From positions 16,864,001-16,928,000 of the forward strand of contig NC_043007.1 in assembly GCF_006345805.1 (NCBI RefSeq): 64,000 bases of DNA. The letters are read 5' to 3'. Positions 49,880-64,000 of this stretch are shown here, one piece after another (positions within the stretch are counted from its first letter, which is position 1; the number at the start of each line of letters is the position of its first letter). Made by a program: the position numbers and the translations under genes. Under the pieces are notes generated by a model, which saw nothing but the letters and a program-made list of their open reading frames with translations, searched no databases and was not told where the DNA came from. The DNA comes from Octopus sinensis (lineage: Eukaryota).

Positions 49880-51545
49880 AAGCATATTCCAAGGAGACAG
49901 CTTCTCTATGATGTTGTTTATACTTTCTGTAAACACCTTGTCATTCGTGTTAAGGAAGTCTAAAGGATATGTCACTTGTTCACAAGGAAACAAATACCAA
50001 AATTACACACTCTTTCATTGTGGATGACTTGAAACTTTATGCAAAGAATATGCATGAGATGAAAAAGAGCCTTGGCCTGGTCACAACATTCTCAAAGGAT
50101 GTAGAGTTGGAGTTTGGTGAGGATAAATGTTGTTATATGGTTGTGAAATGGGGGAAAACTATAAACCAGACTAGTAACATCTCCATTAATGATTTGACTG
50201 TTTCCCCTGTATCTGACGAGGAATATTACAGGTATCTAGGGGTGGATGAAAATATATGTTACAATGGCACTTGTAACAAAACACGTGCCACTAAAGAATG
50301 TTAGAGCCAAATAAAATAATTTGGACCTCAGAATTCTTTGCATTCAATAAAACAGTGGTCCACAATGTGTTTGCAGTGTCAGTACTCATACCAACATTTG
50401 GGCTGCTTGACTGAACATTTGATGAGATCTGAGCCATTGATGTGAAAACCCGAAAAAGCACATACTAACAAGCACATATAATTTCCACATAAACAGTAAC
50501 GTGGACTGCCTCTACCTAAAATGAAAACAAGGCGGCAGAGGCTTAACATCGACCCAAAATGCCTTTGAACGTCGCATCATATCCCTTTGGCAACATCTTT
50601 TAACCACCAAGTGTCGAAGTGCATCTCTTGACCAAGTTTGTATACATGAGGCTGATAATATCATAAGACTTGGAAGGCAGATCCTTGAGCAACACTTTTT
50701 GTCTGATAACCTAGAATACATGCCCAAAGAAATCGCACGACTCTACTGCAACACATCATCAGATGAATGAATGAGCCTATATGAGCAGAAGACTATGCAT
50801 GGATATGTTAGTAGAAAGCTCCGTGATGATAGTAATATCGATCATCAAAGCAGTTTATCATGGACCAATACCTCCCATTTTGAAGGGTATGTGTTGGCAA
50901 TCCAGGAACAGGAAATATCAACCAAGTACCTGATGCACAAAAGGGGTCGAGATGCAGGAAAGGCAGCAAAATGTGACGACTGGTGCAGACTTTGTGGAGT
51001 TCACACTGAATATATCACCCACATCATAAGCAGTTGTCTGAAAATGTCATCACGGTATTATCTACTGATAAGACATGATGTTGTAGCTAGGACACTATAA
51101 TGAAATTCATCAGAAAGATAACCCCAAGGACAAAGAAATAAGAACCCACAGTATGGTAGAAGCCATAACCACTCGTAATGGAAAGGAATACTGGTGGAAT
51201 GTCTCAGTGAAGACCCCAATAACATGTAAGCACAACAGATCTGATATAATGGTTTGGGACAGAGAAGAGAAATCGTGCACAGTTGTGGAAATTAGCTTCC
51301 CAGCGGATGTTAACATAAAGCTGAAGATCAACTCTGCGCATACGTGCTAAAGATTCCAAGATGGCATCACTACAACTAAATAGCTGGAGAACGGTTAACC
51401 AATGATAATTAGTGCAACTGGTTTTTTGAGTAAATGTCTAAGTGACAGTCTGGATGTTTTAAGTTTCACAAGAAAAGAAATCAACCAGAAAATTCGCTTG
51501 TGACAAATACAATAAATCTGTGGAAACCTCTCGAATTTAAAATGT
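49880..51545 (+). mobile_element. 5'-truncated, decayed RLE-clade non-LTR retrotransposon (R4/Dong-like)
   Basis: IFQGDS, FIVDDLKLYAK, YRYLGVDE, GGRGL, CRLCG...ITHIISSC (CCHC), RHDVVA and HNRSDIMVWDREEKSCTVVEISFP (restriction-like endonuclease). Confidence 0.85.
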
Positions 51546-51658
51546 GACTTCGCTTTTGTTATCAACGACGGGGCTTTGTACCTTTGTTAGAAAGTAGCTC
51601 CTTCCAGGAAGATTTTAGAAAATCAAAAATAGAAGGAAGCGCGAACACACACACACGC

Positions 51659-51702
<44 letters not shown>

Positions 51703-52053
51703 GCACACTCGCGCATATATTTTGCATATATTAATCGGAAACCCCCCGTTAGGTACCATTATCTCTTCGTATTGCTAATGCTCTTTATTTGGCATCTTAA
51801 ATAAATGAAATAAACAAATGTATTTGTAGGCCCTGGGCTACAATAGAAAATATTTGCCCAAGGTACCGCGCAGTGGAACTGAACCCGAAACCACGTTCTT
51901 GTCAAGCTAGCTTCTTTAATACATAGACATGCCAGCATCTTTCCTTGTGAAGCTTTTTGAGAAATACCAGTGTTAATGGAGAGGACAGAATATTTCCAGT
52001 AAGCCCATCAGAGTTGTTCCCCCTTCAGAAGTTCCGATCAAATCTATTTTGTA

Positions 52054-52450
52054 CTAACAGTATCGCTCGGTGTTGCTCGGGCTTGTTTTCTTTTTGACTC
52101 TTTAGAATTGGAATTTTTGAAAAGTAAAAATTTTGCATTATGTAGCTTGTTATTCTCTTTAAGTGAACATTTTTCTGGTTGAAATACACCGAAAAATGGC
52201 GACACAGCAGTCAAAACATCGTAAAAAATAGGGATTTTCATAGAAAAAAAGCACCGTTTTGATGTAAATAATTTTTGGTGTTAACATGGTCCGATTTGAA
52301 TTTTTTCTTCTACGGAAGGAAGAGCAAGCCTTCTTCTATCATACTCTCAATTTTGGTCAACTTGCGTCGTAGGGTCTCGGCGGAGATAGTATTAGTTGAA
52401 GGCTACAAAACCTGCCATACACAGACAACTTCAGCTTTATATATAGAGAG
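52054..52450 (-). mobile_element. Non-autonomous Helitron-like element
   Basis: Same body as the 5858 copy. Confidence 0.75.
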
Positions 52451-53204
52451 ATTAGTGGGAACGTTATATTTGTAGCCGTTAAACTCAGAGATTTCAGTTA
52501 CTCATCTCTAGATTGACAATTTTAATATCGATATTTGTGATATGTATTTAGACCTAAGTAGTGTAATAGATCTAGTATGTTGCCTGGTTTGACACTATGT
52601 AGATTTCGTGGGCATTTAACGATATCACTATACTGCAAGCATTCAAACCAAATCCTCTGTGCACTTTTTTTTTTGTCCAGGGTCCTTCAAAACTTCCAAG
52701 TTTCCTGAAACCCGCCAACAGTACACTTGATGGACCTTTTCTTTTTAGTTGTAGTGCACCTGGATACTGTATGCAACAATTACTTCCCTGGGCATGGACA
52801 CATTGAAACTCCGACGTCTGGCAGCTGACTTGGCAGACACCCATAAAATTATCAACCATCTTACAAACAATAACTCTGAGCACCTTTTCAAACTCCACCT
52901 GTCTTAACACCCGTGGACATGTTTACAAAGTCAGAAAACAGCACAGCTCCCATGACTTTAGGAAACATTTTTTCACGCTGAGAGTTGCTGAAGCATGGAA
53001 CAGACTGCCGGCATCAGTTGTTAGTTGTCGGAGCACTGCATCCTTCAAAACTTCCATGCTTCCTGAGATTCGCCAACACTACACCTGATTGTCTCCCCTC
53101 CATACACACACAAGCATGTATCTGACTCATACATTGTTCGCTTTCCAGACTTTATATGCACTTTTGACAAGTTGTGGTGCACCTGAGCACTGTATACAAT
53201 AATT

Positions 53205-53206
<2 letters not shown>

Positions 53207-53262
<56 letters not shown>
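53207..53262. repeat. (ATT)n microsatellite
   Basis: Direct reading. Confidence 0.95.
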
Positions 53263-53263
<1 letters not shown>

Positions 53264-54311
53264 TTAATTTCCTTCATTTACTTTTACTTGTTTCAGTCAT
53301 TTGACTGTGACCATGCTGGAGCACCGCCTTTAGTCGAGCAAATCGACCCCAGGACTTATTCTTTGTAAGCCTAGTACTTATTCTATCGGTCTCTTTTACC
53401 GAACCGCTGAGGTACGGGGACGTAAACACACCAGCATCATTATTCCCCGACATTAAACGATATTCTTTTAGTTTCACGCAAAAGTCTTCCAGAGTAACCT
53501 CCCATTAATTGTCAGTCGTTACACAATGATTTGATCCGCCGCCATAATTTCTCTTTACCAATTCTTTGGGTTTTTATCTCTTTTTCTTTCATCTTTTATT
53601 TGTTTCAGTCATTGGACCACGGCCATGTTATGGCACCACCTTGAAGGGTTTAGTCGAACAAATCGACTCCAAGTAGTTAGTCTTTTAACTCTGGTGTGCT
53701 TATTCTATCGTTCTTTCCTTTTGTCGAATGACTAAGCTATGGGAATGTAAACAAACCAACATTGGTTGTCAAGCGATGGTGGGGGAACAACCATACTCAC
53801 ACATTCAAACACACACACACCATCATCATCATCACTTGACAACCAATGCTGATGCGTTGATGTCCCTGTAACTTAGCGGTTCGGCCAACGAGACAGACAG
53901 AATAAGTGCTAGGCTTACGGAGAATAAGTCCTTGGGTCGATTTCTTCGGCTAACACCTTTTAAAGCGGGGCCCCAGCATGGGCGCAGTCAAATGACTGAA
54001 ACAAGGGAAAGGATGAAAGAACAAAAGAATGTATATGGAACACCAAAGCCCGAAGGAGTCGGGTTTCCGTTAGGCACTTGCGAAACTTGAAGTAGTACGG
54101 AATCGAACTGAACTTACTTAAATAATACATGCACCTCCAACTAAATGTGTTGAGTGTCCTCTTCAATCGTTTATCCACTATATATATATTAATATTTCTA
54201 AGCCTCTCTAAAGGAGGCTACGGCAGCGGTACTGGATTTTAAGTTAACGCCAAGCTAATATGGCATTCCAGAAATATAGGACGAATGCTGCCGTTGATTA
54301 ACTCCAAGAGG

Positions 54312-54517
54312 CCATCGCCTCTAGCTAGCTATGTGACACACGAACCTGTGTCCATTATAACCTTCGATCTGGGGAGGTCAGCTGCTTCTCCTTGCTGGTC
54401 AGGCATCTGCAGACTAGTTTCAGGATATTTGTCCCTTATCAATGCGGCTGACCTCCTCTGTTCAAAGGTTATAATGAACACAGGTTCGTGTGTCACATAG
54501 CTATCTAGAGGCGATGG
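54312..54517. mobile_element. MITE-like hairpin element, about 70-bp near-perfect arms
   Basis: CCATCGCCTCTAGCTAGCTATGTGACACACGAACCTGTG... / ...CACAGGTTCGTGTGTCACATAGCTATCTAGAGGCGATGG; (TA)n on the right. Confidence 0.85.
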
Positions 54518-55261
54518 TATATATATAGTAGTACAACAAAGCACTAATGTTTATTGGAAATGGCAGTCGATACATTTACGACGCTATAGTAAAGCTTCAC
54601 TGTGTATATACTGGCAAAGGCGTGTGAGGGTAGCAAACATAAAAAATTTTGTCTTACCTCTTGGAAGAACATTATATAAATGGACAAACCAGAATCGGAT
54701 AATCCAGTGCCTAGGTTTCGGACTCATCAAATACGTTTGTCATCGTAAATTTGATTAGTTTTCATCAGCTGGTTTACCTGGACAGTATTTCAAAGGTTGC
54801 TACATCACTGCCAGTATACTCGTTTGAACGCTTAGCCGTTAACAGACCGAGAACATGGAAAAATAATTTCAATGAAAAATAGAATATTGCAATACAAATG
54901 TATTACTTGTTGAGTATGCAAATAAAGCTCCCATTCCATTGTGCCAGCCACCGTCTAATGATGCTAACTCGTAAACCAGTTTTTCGGTGTTGCATCAAGT
55001 TGTACTGATATAATGCAGGGTAAATATGATAATAATAACAATATTCGTAGGATAGAATTTATAAACATTTAATGCATCGCTACGCGCGTTTCCACAAGTC
55101 ACATGACTTTTAAGATTACAGTCCTATTCTGGGATGATTACTGTGTTGTCCGAAGAATCCGTGGGTATCTGTTGATCATCATCATTAATTCATTTCTTAG
55201 GGCGATATAACATTGGATGAATACACACATACACACGCACGCACGCACGCACACAGACACA

Positions 55262-55316
<55 letters not shown>

Positions 55317-55329
55317 CAATAAGCTGTTG

Positions 55330-56040
55330 TCTAAATTACACAAAAATGAAAATAACACTGACATCTCATTTTAATATATATATTTACTAAACTTACATAA
55401 AAATCTTGAAAAACTAAAGGGTAAATTTATTCAATAAAATCGCCATTGGCTTCAACCACAGCCTCCAGATGACTTCAAAATCTTCTGCAACACTTCTGGA
55501 CAGTCTCCTTGTTTAAGTTGGTCAATGCTGCCATAATCCTTGCCTCCAGTTCATCTTTGGTGCTATAGGGAGTTTTATTGATCCCTCGCTCAACTGTGTC
55601 CCACACGTAATAATCAAGGGGGTTGCAATATGGGGAGTGAGGTGGCTACATGTTAGGGGTGATGTGGTCGCAGAAATTGTCTGACAGCCATGACTGGGTT
55701 CTCCTGCTTGTGTGGCATGGTGCAGAGTCCTGTTGCCAGACATGGGGGGTCTTCCAGCAGCCAGCCTCATCACCCAGGGGAGTACTACCTCTTCCAGGCA
55801 CTTGATGTAGGCCTCCGTGTTGAGTCTGAGGCAGTATGGGAAGATGAATGGAGGCATAATGTCACCATCAGTAGTGATCACTCTAAACACCATGATGTTG
55901 ACTGAATGTTTGATTTTTATCATTCTCGGTACATGTCCCCAGGTTGTTCTGTCCTCAGATTGACACCTAAACACTCTGACATGTTCGTATTGGACCTTGC
56001 GGCGCGAATGCCAAGCAGTACAGCATTTCATTTCCAAATT
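55330..56040 (-). mobile_element. Mariner-like (maT/DD37D-type) transposase fragment
   Basis: IMVFRVITTDGDIMPPFIF...LNTEAYIKCLEEVVLPW, then WQQDSAPCH and CNPLDYYVW after a frameshift. Confidence 0.85.
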
Positions 56041-56271
56041 TCTGGCTGAGTGAATTGTATCATGGTGTTATTTTTTCTCACAGACGGTGCCCTACTGATC
56101 CTACCATACTGTGTAGTCGACAAAATCAAAAGCAAACAATGTGCATACGCGTAATTAAAAATATAATAATACACGTACATACATACATACATACATACAC
56201 ACACACATACATACATATATACATACATACATACATACATGCATGCATACATGCATACATACATACATACA

Positions 56272-56303
<32 letters not shown>

Positions 56304-56779
56304 CATACACACACACATACATACATACATGCATACATGCATACATCCATCCATACATACATACATACATACACATATGCATACATACACACACACACAC
56401 ACATACATACATACACATACATACATACATACATACTACATACATACATACATACATACATACACATACACACACATCAATACATACATACATATGTGTG
56501 CGTGTTTGTCCACCACTATCGCTTGACAGCCGGTGTTGGTTTGTTTGTGTCTCTGTAACTCAGAATTGCTAATCTTGAACTCTGCAGCCAACTGGTGTCT
56601 CATTCAGGGGTATTGTTGTGATCTTGGAAAGTGAGTAACCAGTATACATGATAAGAAATCGCGTGGGATAAGGTGAAATTGAATGCATCCTACCCGCTAT
56701 GACTTCAGATTAACCCGCTCTAAATCCTCCCCCAAATGTTCGTCGCTCCATGAGTCCCGAGGCTCCAGAAAGAAAATAC

Positions 56780-57480
56780 AAAATATATACAGATAATCTT
56801 TGAATTTTAGACATGCAATTGGCGAAATTCTGGTTTGAACACACCTATAACTCCTCATAACTGTTTTTTATTTTTTGGAATTTTCAGAAAACTTTTGCGA
56901 ATTTGCTTTCTACATACGGGAATTCATATGAAAAATAATTTTTTGTGTGTAATTTTACAGGCGATTTAGTTGTTGCTTTTAGCACATCTGACGACCACCT
57001 GATACCTTCCTTGTTTCTTTGTCACTCTGACATGTATTGATATTTTTCAATATTTTCTCCCCCCCCCCCTTAACGTTTAATAGAATGATGATGTATCCAA
57101 GGGTGGATTTATGCAAAAAAATAATAAATTCACTGTCCGTTTTTTAAACTCCGATTTTTTTTATTCGACAAGGAAAGGAAATTTTAGAATTTAGGTGTGG
57201 GTACATAGGTTAGATTTCTGTTTTCTAATTTCTTTTTTTATATACAATCATATGAATCCAGTGGGAATTTATACGATTCGCAAAAACTTTCTGAAAATTC
57301 CAAAAAATAAAAAAGTTATGAGGGATTATATGGAGTACTTAAACCCGAATTTCACCATGCAATTTGACTATCAAATATTGCTTTTCGCGATGTATAAACA
57401 CGCCATACTCTCTAATAATTGAATTAAATCCTTTGGAAATATCCTTTCAGTCGACGCGAGTGATCGTATTTGAATATAGT
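56780..57480. mobile_element. Unclassified element with about 90-bp internal inverted repeats
   Basis: 56815-56900 is the approximate reverse complement of 57275-57362. Confidence 0.55.
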
Positions 57481-57597
57481 TTTGACTTAAAGTGAATCGA
57501 AAATATTGGAGTGATCTCCCTTTGACTATTTACTGTTACGTATCCTTCAACAGTTCTTATCATCATGACTGTGGCGGCTACGTAAGATACACAAATT

Positions 57598-57672
<75 letters not shown>

Positions 57673-57685
57673 CTCTCTGTCTATC

Positions 57686-59749
<2,064 letters not shown>

Positions 59750-60301
59750 ATATATATATATCTGTCGATCGATCGATCTATCTATTTATCTGTCTGTCTG
59801 TCAGTCTATCTGTCAATCGCTCTTAGCTAGCTTGCTATATATGCGTGTGTGTATGTGTGTGTGTTGTATGTATGCGTGTATATACAAACATATATACATA
59901 CATACGTACGTACATACATACATACATACATACATACATACATACATACATACATACATACATACATACATACATACATACATACATACATACATACATA
60001 CATACATAAGTACATATTGATCATAGTGTACTGAGTTATAGATCCATTGCGGCCGATCTTAACAATCGGTTTCGCACTGGGTATTAAAACCGGATGTTAG
60101 ATAGCAACAGGGTTAAGTAACACCGCGTGTTCTTCGGTGTTTGCAGGTACAGCTTGTCTAGATGGAAACTTCTGAAGAAAAAGCCTGAGGTGTGTTGTTC
60201 TTGATACTGTGGCACATATGTGCACCATATTCTTGCTATCATCCCTTCCAAAAAGTGTGATTGGTTCTACACAAGCCTTCAACACTCAAATCAAATCATA
60301 T

Positions 60302-60509
60302 CTCTTTTACTCTTTTACTTGTTTCAGTCATTTTTACTGCGGCCATGCTGGAGCACCGCCTTTAGTCGAGCAAATCGACCCCAGGACTTATTCTTTGTAA
60401 GCCCAGTACTTATTCTATCGGTCTCTTTTGCCGAACCGCTAAGTGACGGGGACGTAAACACACCAGGATCGGTTGTCAAGCAATGCTAGGGGGACAAACA
60501 CAGAAACAT

Positions 60510-60600
<91 letters not shown>

Positions 60601-60773
60601 CATATATACGACAGGATTCTTTCAGTTTCCGTCTACCAAATCCACTCACAAGGCTTTGGTCAGCCCGGGGCTATAGCAGAAGACACTTGCCCAAGATGCC
60701 ACGCAGTGGGATTGAACCCGGAACCATGTGGTTGGTTAGCAAGCTGCTTACCACACAGCCACTCCTGCGCCTA
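60302..60773 (-). mobile_element. SINE family A, full length, expanded (TA)n
   Basis: Reverse complement match. Confidence 0.87.
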
Positions 60774-60924
60774 TGTGTAGGTTTTCTGACAACTTACATT
60801 TATTCATTCAATACGGCATTGCTTCAGCCTGAAAGATCCAAAAGTCCTCTGGCGAGAGATTGAAAGTGGAAGGGGACAGGTAGAGGATATTAGAGGAAGT
60901 CTCTTGCTGGATCTCTACACAGTT

Positions 60925-61930
60925 GGCGACGGTGTCGTCAATTCGTCGACGGCAATTCGTCGTCGTTTAATTTGTTCCCAGTCAATTCCATGTTGGTCAA
61001 TTCATCCCCAGGTCAATTCGTCGTCAGTCAATTCGTCGAGATCATTGGAAAAATGGAAGAACAAATATCTGAATTTAAAAAAATACATTTTAAGGTTTGC
61101 TGTATCACATATTTTCTCCTAAAATTTCAAATTGTATGCAATGCTTTTATGAAAAATAATTTTTTGGCTTGGATCATATTTTTCCATGACATTTTTTACA
61201 CGCAGGTTCATATCTCTGTATTTTTTTCTTTTCGCTTGGTTCTTCTTGCGTAAACTTCTGCAATTTGGTACTGGCAAACCTTTCCTCATTTAATTACATC
61301 AATAGGTTTCCAAATATTTCGATGACTAATTCTCACTGTGTTTTTCAACGAGCTGTGGCAGGCTTCTAAACTATTTGTAGTACGGGCAATCCCCGTCATC
61401 CATCGATCCCAAACATTCCATATAGATAATGGAAATGGAGGTTCAAGGCGTCGCTTCCTCTGTCCACTTCCTCTAGGTGATCCCATATAATTATTTTCAA
61501 AATAGGATATAATTGACTGAGGAATATCATCATCATCTACAAGCTGTTCATATCCATCTACAACATCAACTGCCAGGAAGGCAAGGGCATTTTTAGTGCA
61601 TTTTTAGTGCATTTTTAGACTAAAACTGTCATTTTCGTGATATCTACATTTTAGTCCTTCTTGCACGACATGCTTGTACACATTTTCTCCCAAATGAAAC
61701 AAGTAGCATGCCAAATTCGACCCTTGAAAAGATTCCAGAAATCCGTTATGGGCTGCTTTTTCTAAATCCATAATCATATTATCAGGTCCCTCATTCTGCA
61801 GTATTTCATTTATTTTGGCAAACAGTCTATTATATGTGTCTTGGCTTTTATCAGAGTAGTACTGGTGGTCGCTGTCAGTAACTGCGTTTAGCTTACGGAG
61901 TTCTTGTTTTTATAACTAACGAAAAGCAGC
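60925..61930 (-). mobile_element. Mutator-like (MULE) transposase remnant with TCAATTCGTC subterminal repeats
   Basis: WNVWDR...RTTNSLEACH and CLFHLGENVYK motifs on -. Confidence 0.7.
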
Positions 61931-62723
61931 CAGAAGGATAGACATATTGTTGAGAACAAATGATTTCGTTGGAGGTCTGTTACTTCCATTCCAGCCCCTA
62001 GTGGCCTAGAAGAGGTTAGAAGGGTCAAGTGATAAAGACATTATTCTGCTTAGTGAAGGCATCTGGGAAATGTATAACTGCTGTCATTCACAGAAAAACT
62101 ATTGTTTTACCATGAGAAAAGTGCTGTTGAAGTGTTAAGAGAAATTCGGCTATCGAGGATCGAATGCACGCTACACTTGCCTGAAGCCACTACAAATACG
62201 TTGTGGAAAAAAAATTATCTACTGTCATGGAGAAAGTGTAACTGTAAAAAAAGCAGAATTATCAGAGTAATGGGCATTCAAAAAAGTATATATGTATAGA
62301 AATGTATGAATGAAGTCTTTAATGTTTAAGATTCAAATTCAGGAAGTGCAATAATAATGTTTAGCAGTTCAAAATTGTCAGTAGTGAAATGCAGAATTAG
62401 GTCGGCTGATCATTGGTTCAAAGTAATTGAACATAAACAATGAAATGGGTTATTTCCCTTGAGTGTTTAAAAATAATATTGTGTAGGTGGTCTGAGTTAT
62501 TTCCCTTGGGTGCATTAAAAAAATTAGTTATATAAGATATATATAAAGGTCCCGTCCAGAGGCCGTATTACCGATTTTTTCAACAATCTAAATATGTCAC
62601 GAGGTTTCCAGACATGAGTTCTACTCACGTGTCAAGTTTCATCAAAATCAATAAAACGATGTAGGAGGAATTAGCTACAACGCCACTAACAAACACACAC
62701 CGATTTTCCAAATATGTAGTGTA

Positions 62724-62775
<52 letters not shown>

Positions 62776-62848
62776 CACTATGATAGATCTTTAGCCACTA
62801 CACACATTCTTTTCTTTCCTTGTTTCTCTCCTTGTTTTTTCTGTGTCC

Positions 62849-62884
62849 CTTTCTGTAGAAGAGCGTAGGCTCGAAACGTAAAAG
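62849..62884 (+). ncRNA. Minimal hammerhead-like motif, CUGUNGA variant (best-paired copy) in a TA-flanked element at about 62780-62980
   Basis: CTTT-CTGTAGA-A-GAGC-GTAG-GCTC-GAA-ACGT-A-AAAG: stems I and II fully paired, palindromic ACGT helix III, GUA triplet. Confidence 0.5.
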
Positions 62885-63085
62885 ACTTTTTCTATTCCTG
62901 AGCGTTATACTAATACATCTGTTTGTTTTGTACACCACCCGTCTTCGTCTTTTGTTTTTTTCGTAAACTCTCCCTATATATATATATATATATATATATA
63001 CAAGGAGCAAAGATGCTGAAGATTCAGTATACACCACGTGGCAAAATTATGAGTTGAAAATATTTTTTTTTCCACATATTTTCAA

Positions 63086-63123
<38 letters not shown>

Positions 63124-63599
63124 GTGTTTGTGTGTGCGCGCGCGCATAGAGAGAGAGAAGGAGGAGAGACAAAGAGAGAGAGAGATACGATACTTCACTT
63201 ATACACCAATCCAAGACTTTCCCTCTCTTTAAATAGCCAATAAGTGGCTCTTATGTAGGGAGAGTACACTGATCCAATATCCTACATATGCGATACATCT
63301 GACACGTGCAGATGTGTAGTTGTAGTTAAAGTGTTGGCTTGCGGTCACAAGTTTGAGAGTTTGATTCCTGGACCGAATCATGCGTTATATCCTTGAGCAA
63401 GACACTTCCTTTTCTGTTAGTTAAAAATTGGTACCAGCTTAGATCTGGTGTATCCTTTTCTCCATTTGGCCATCACATTCTTGACAGGTTAAGGGATAGA
63501 AGAACAGAAATGGTATCTACTCCTGCTCGTGGTTATATAGGCACCTAAAACAATCAGGATGGCCTCAAACATCAACACGGATTTGAAATTTTGTTTATA

Positions 63600-63930
63600 T
63601 GATGCCGGTGGCATGTAAAAGGACACCATTCGAGTGTGATCGTTACCAACGTCGCCTTACTGGCACTTGTGCTGGTGGCATGTGTAAAAAGATTCGAGTA
63701 AGGTCATTGCCAGTACTACCTGACTGGCCCCCATGCCGGTAGCACATAAAAAGCACCCACTACACTCTTGGAGTAGTTGGCGTTAGGAAGGGCATCCAGC
63801 TGTAGAAACTCTGCCAGATCAAGATTGAAGTCTGGTGCAGCCATCTGGTTCGCCAGTCCTCAGTCAAAATCGTCCAACCCATGCCAGCATGGAAAGCGGA
63901 CGTTAAACGACAATGATGATGATGATGATA
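63600..63930 (+). mobile_element. SINE family E
   Basis: Match to 33890-34397; (GAT)n tail. Confidence 0.82.
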
Positions 63931-64000
63931 ACTCCATAGTTCTGTTTATTACAATCTGTGCCAGTGAAACTCAGAAGAGCACAGTAAGGACAGATAGAAA

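Noticed and set aside
54708-54730. TTGATGAGTCCGAAAC on -
   Set aside because: Stem II is too short, U16.1 is absent and there is no stem I; probably chance.
54658-54730. Possible minus-strand exon ending at AG|GTAAGA
   Set aside because: Only a short open frame with no recognisable protein motif or partner exon.
56028-56572. Long overlapping ORFs rich in HTYI/CMYV (also at 41745, 45202, 46826 and 59592)
   Set aside because: They are translations of (CATA)n, (GT)n and (ATCT)n repeats, not genes.
57492-57756. N-terminal part of the 587-aa ORF
   Set aside because: Read-through of unique DNA and (ATCT)n giving YLSI repeats; RT similarity begins at about 57757.

Overview
AT-rich, repeat-dense animal genomic DNA. 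The SINE families and the (TA)n/(CATA)n/(ATCT)n microsatellites resemble what I recall from Octopus/cephalopod genomes (inference; no database search was possible). One host protein-coding gene is supported: a three-exon ARF-family small GTPase on + (21173-21257, 33515-33688, 35640-35947; 188 aa; GT-AG introns of about 12.3 kb and 1.95 kb), plus a stray partial copy of its exon 2 downstream. The rest is mobile DNA and simple repeats: a decayed Ty3/gypsy element interrupted by a Penelope fragment, solo-LTR-like copies, Tc1/mariner/pogo and Mutator-like remnants, non-autonomous Helitrons, an R4/Dong-like RLE retrotransposon remnant, a young 5'-truncated Tx1/L1-clade element inside an (ATCT)n tract, and at least five SINE families. 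The most striking signal is a set of type I hammerhead-ribozyme-like motifs. Three sequence-unrelated inverted-repeat elements (5304-5768, 10592-10792, 44078-45092) each carry two divergent hammerhead motifs and are bounded by TA-rich repeats. A fourth motif lies about 90 nt downstream of a tRNA-derived Pol III head (17440-17636). Repeat boundaries are read by eye and are approximate unless stated as exact.
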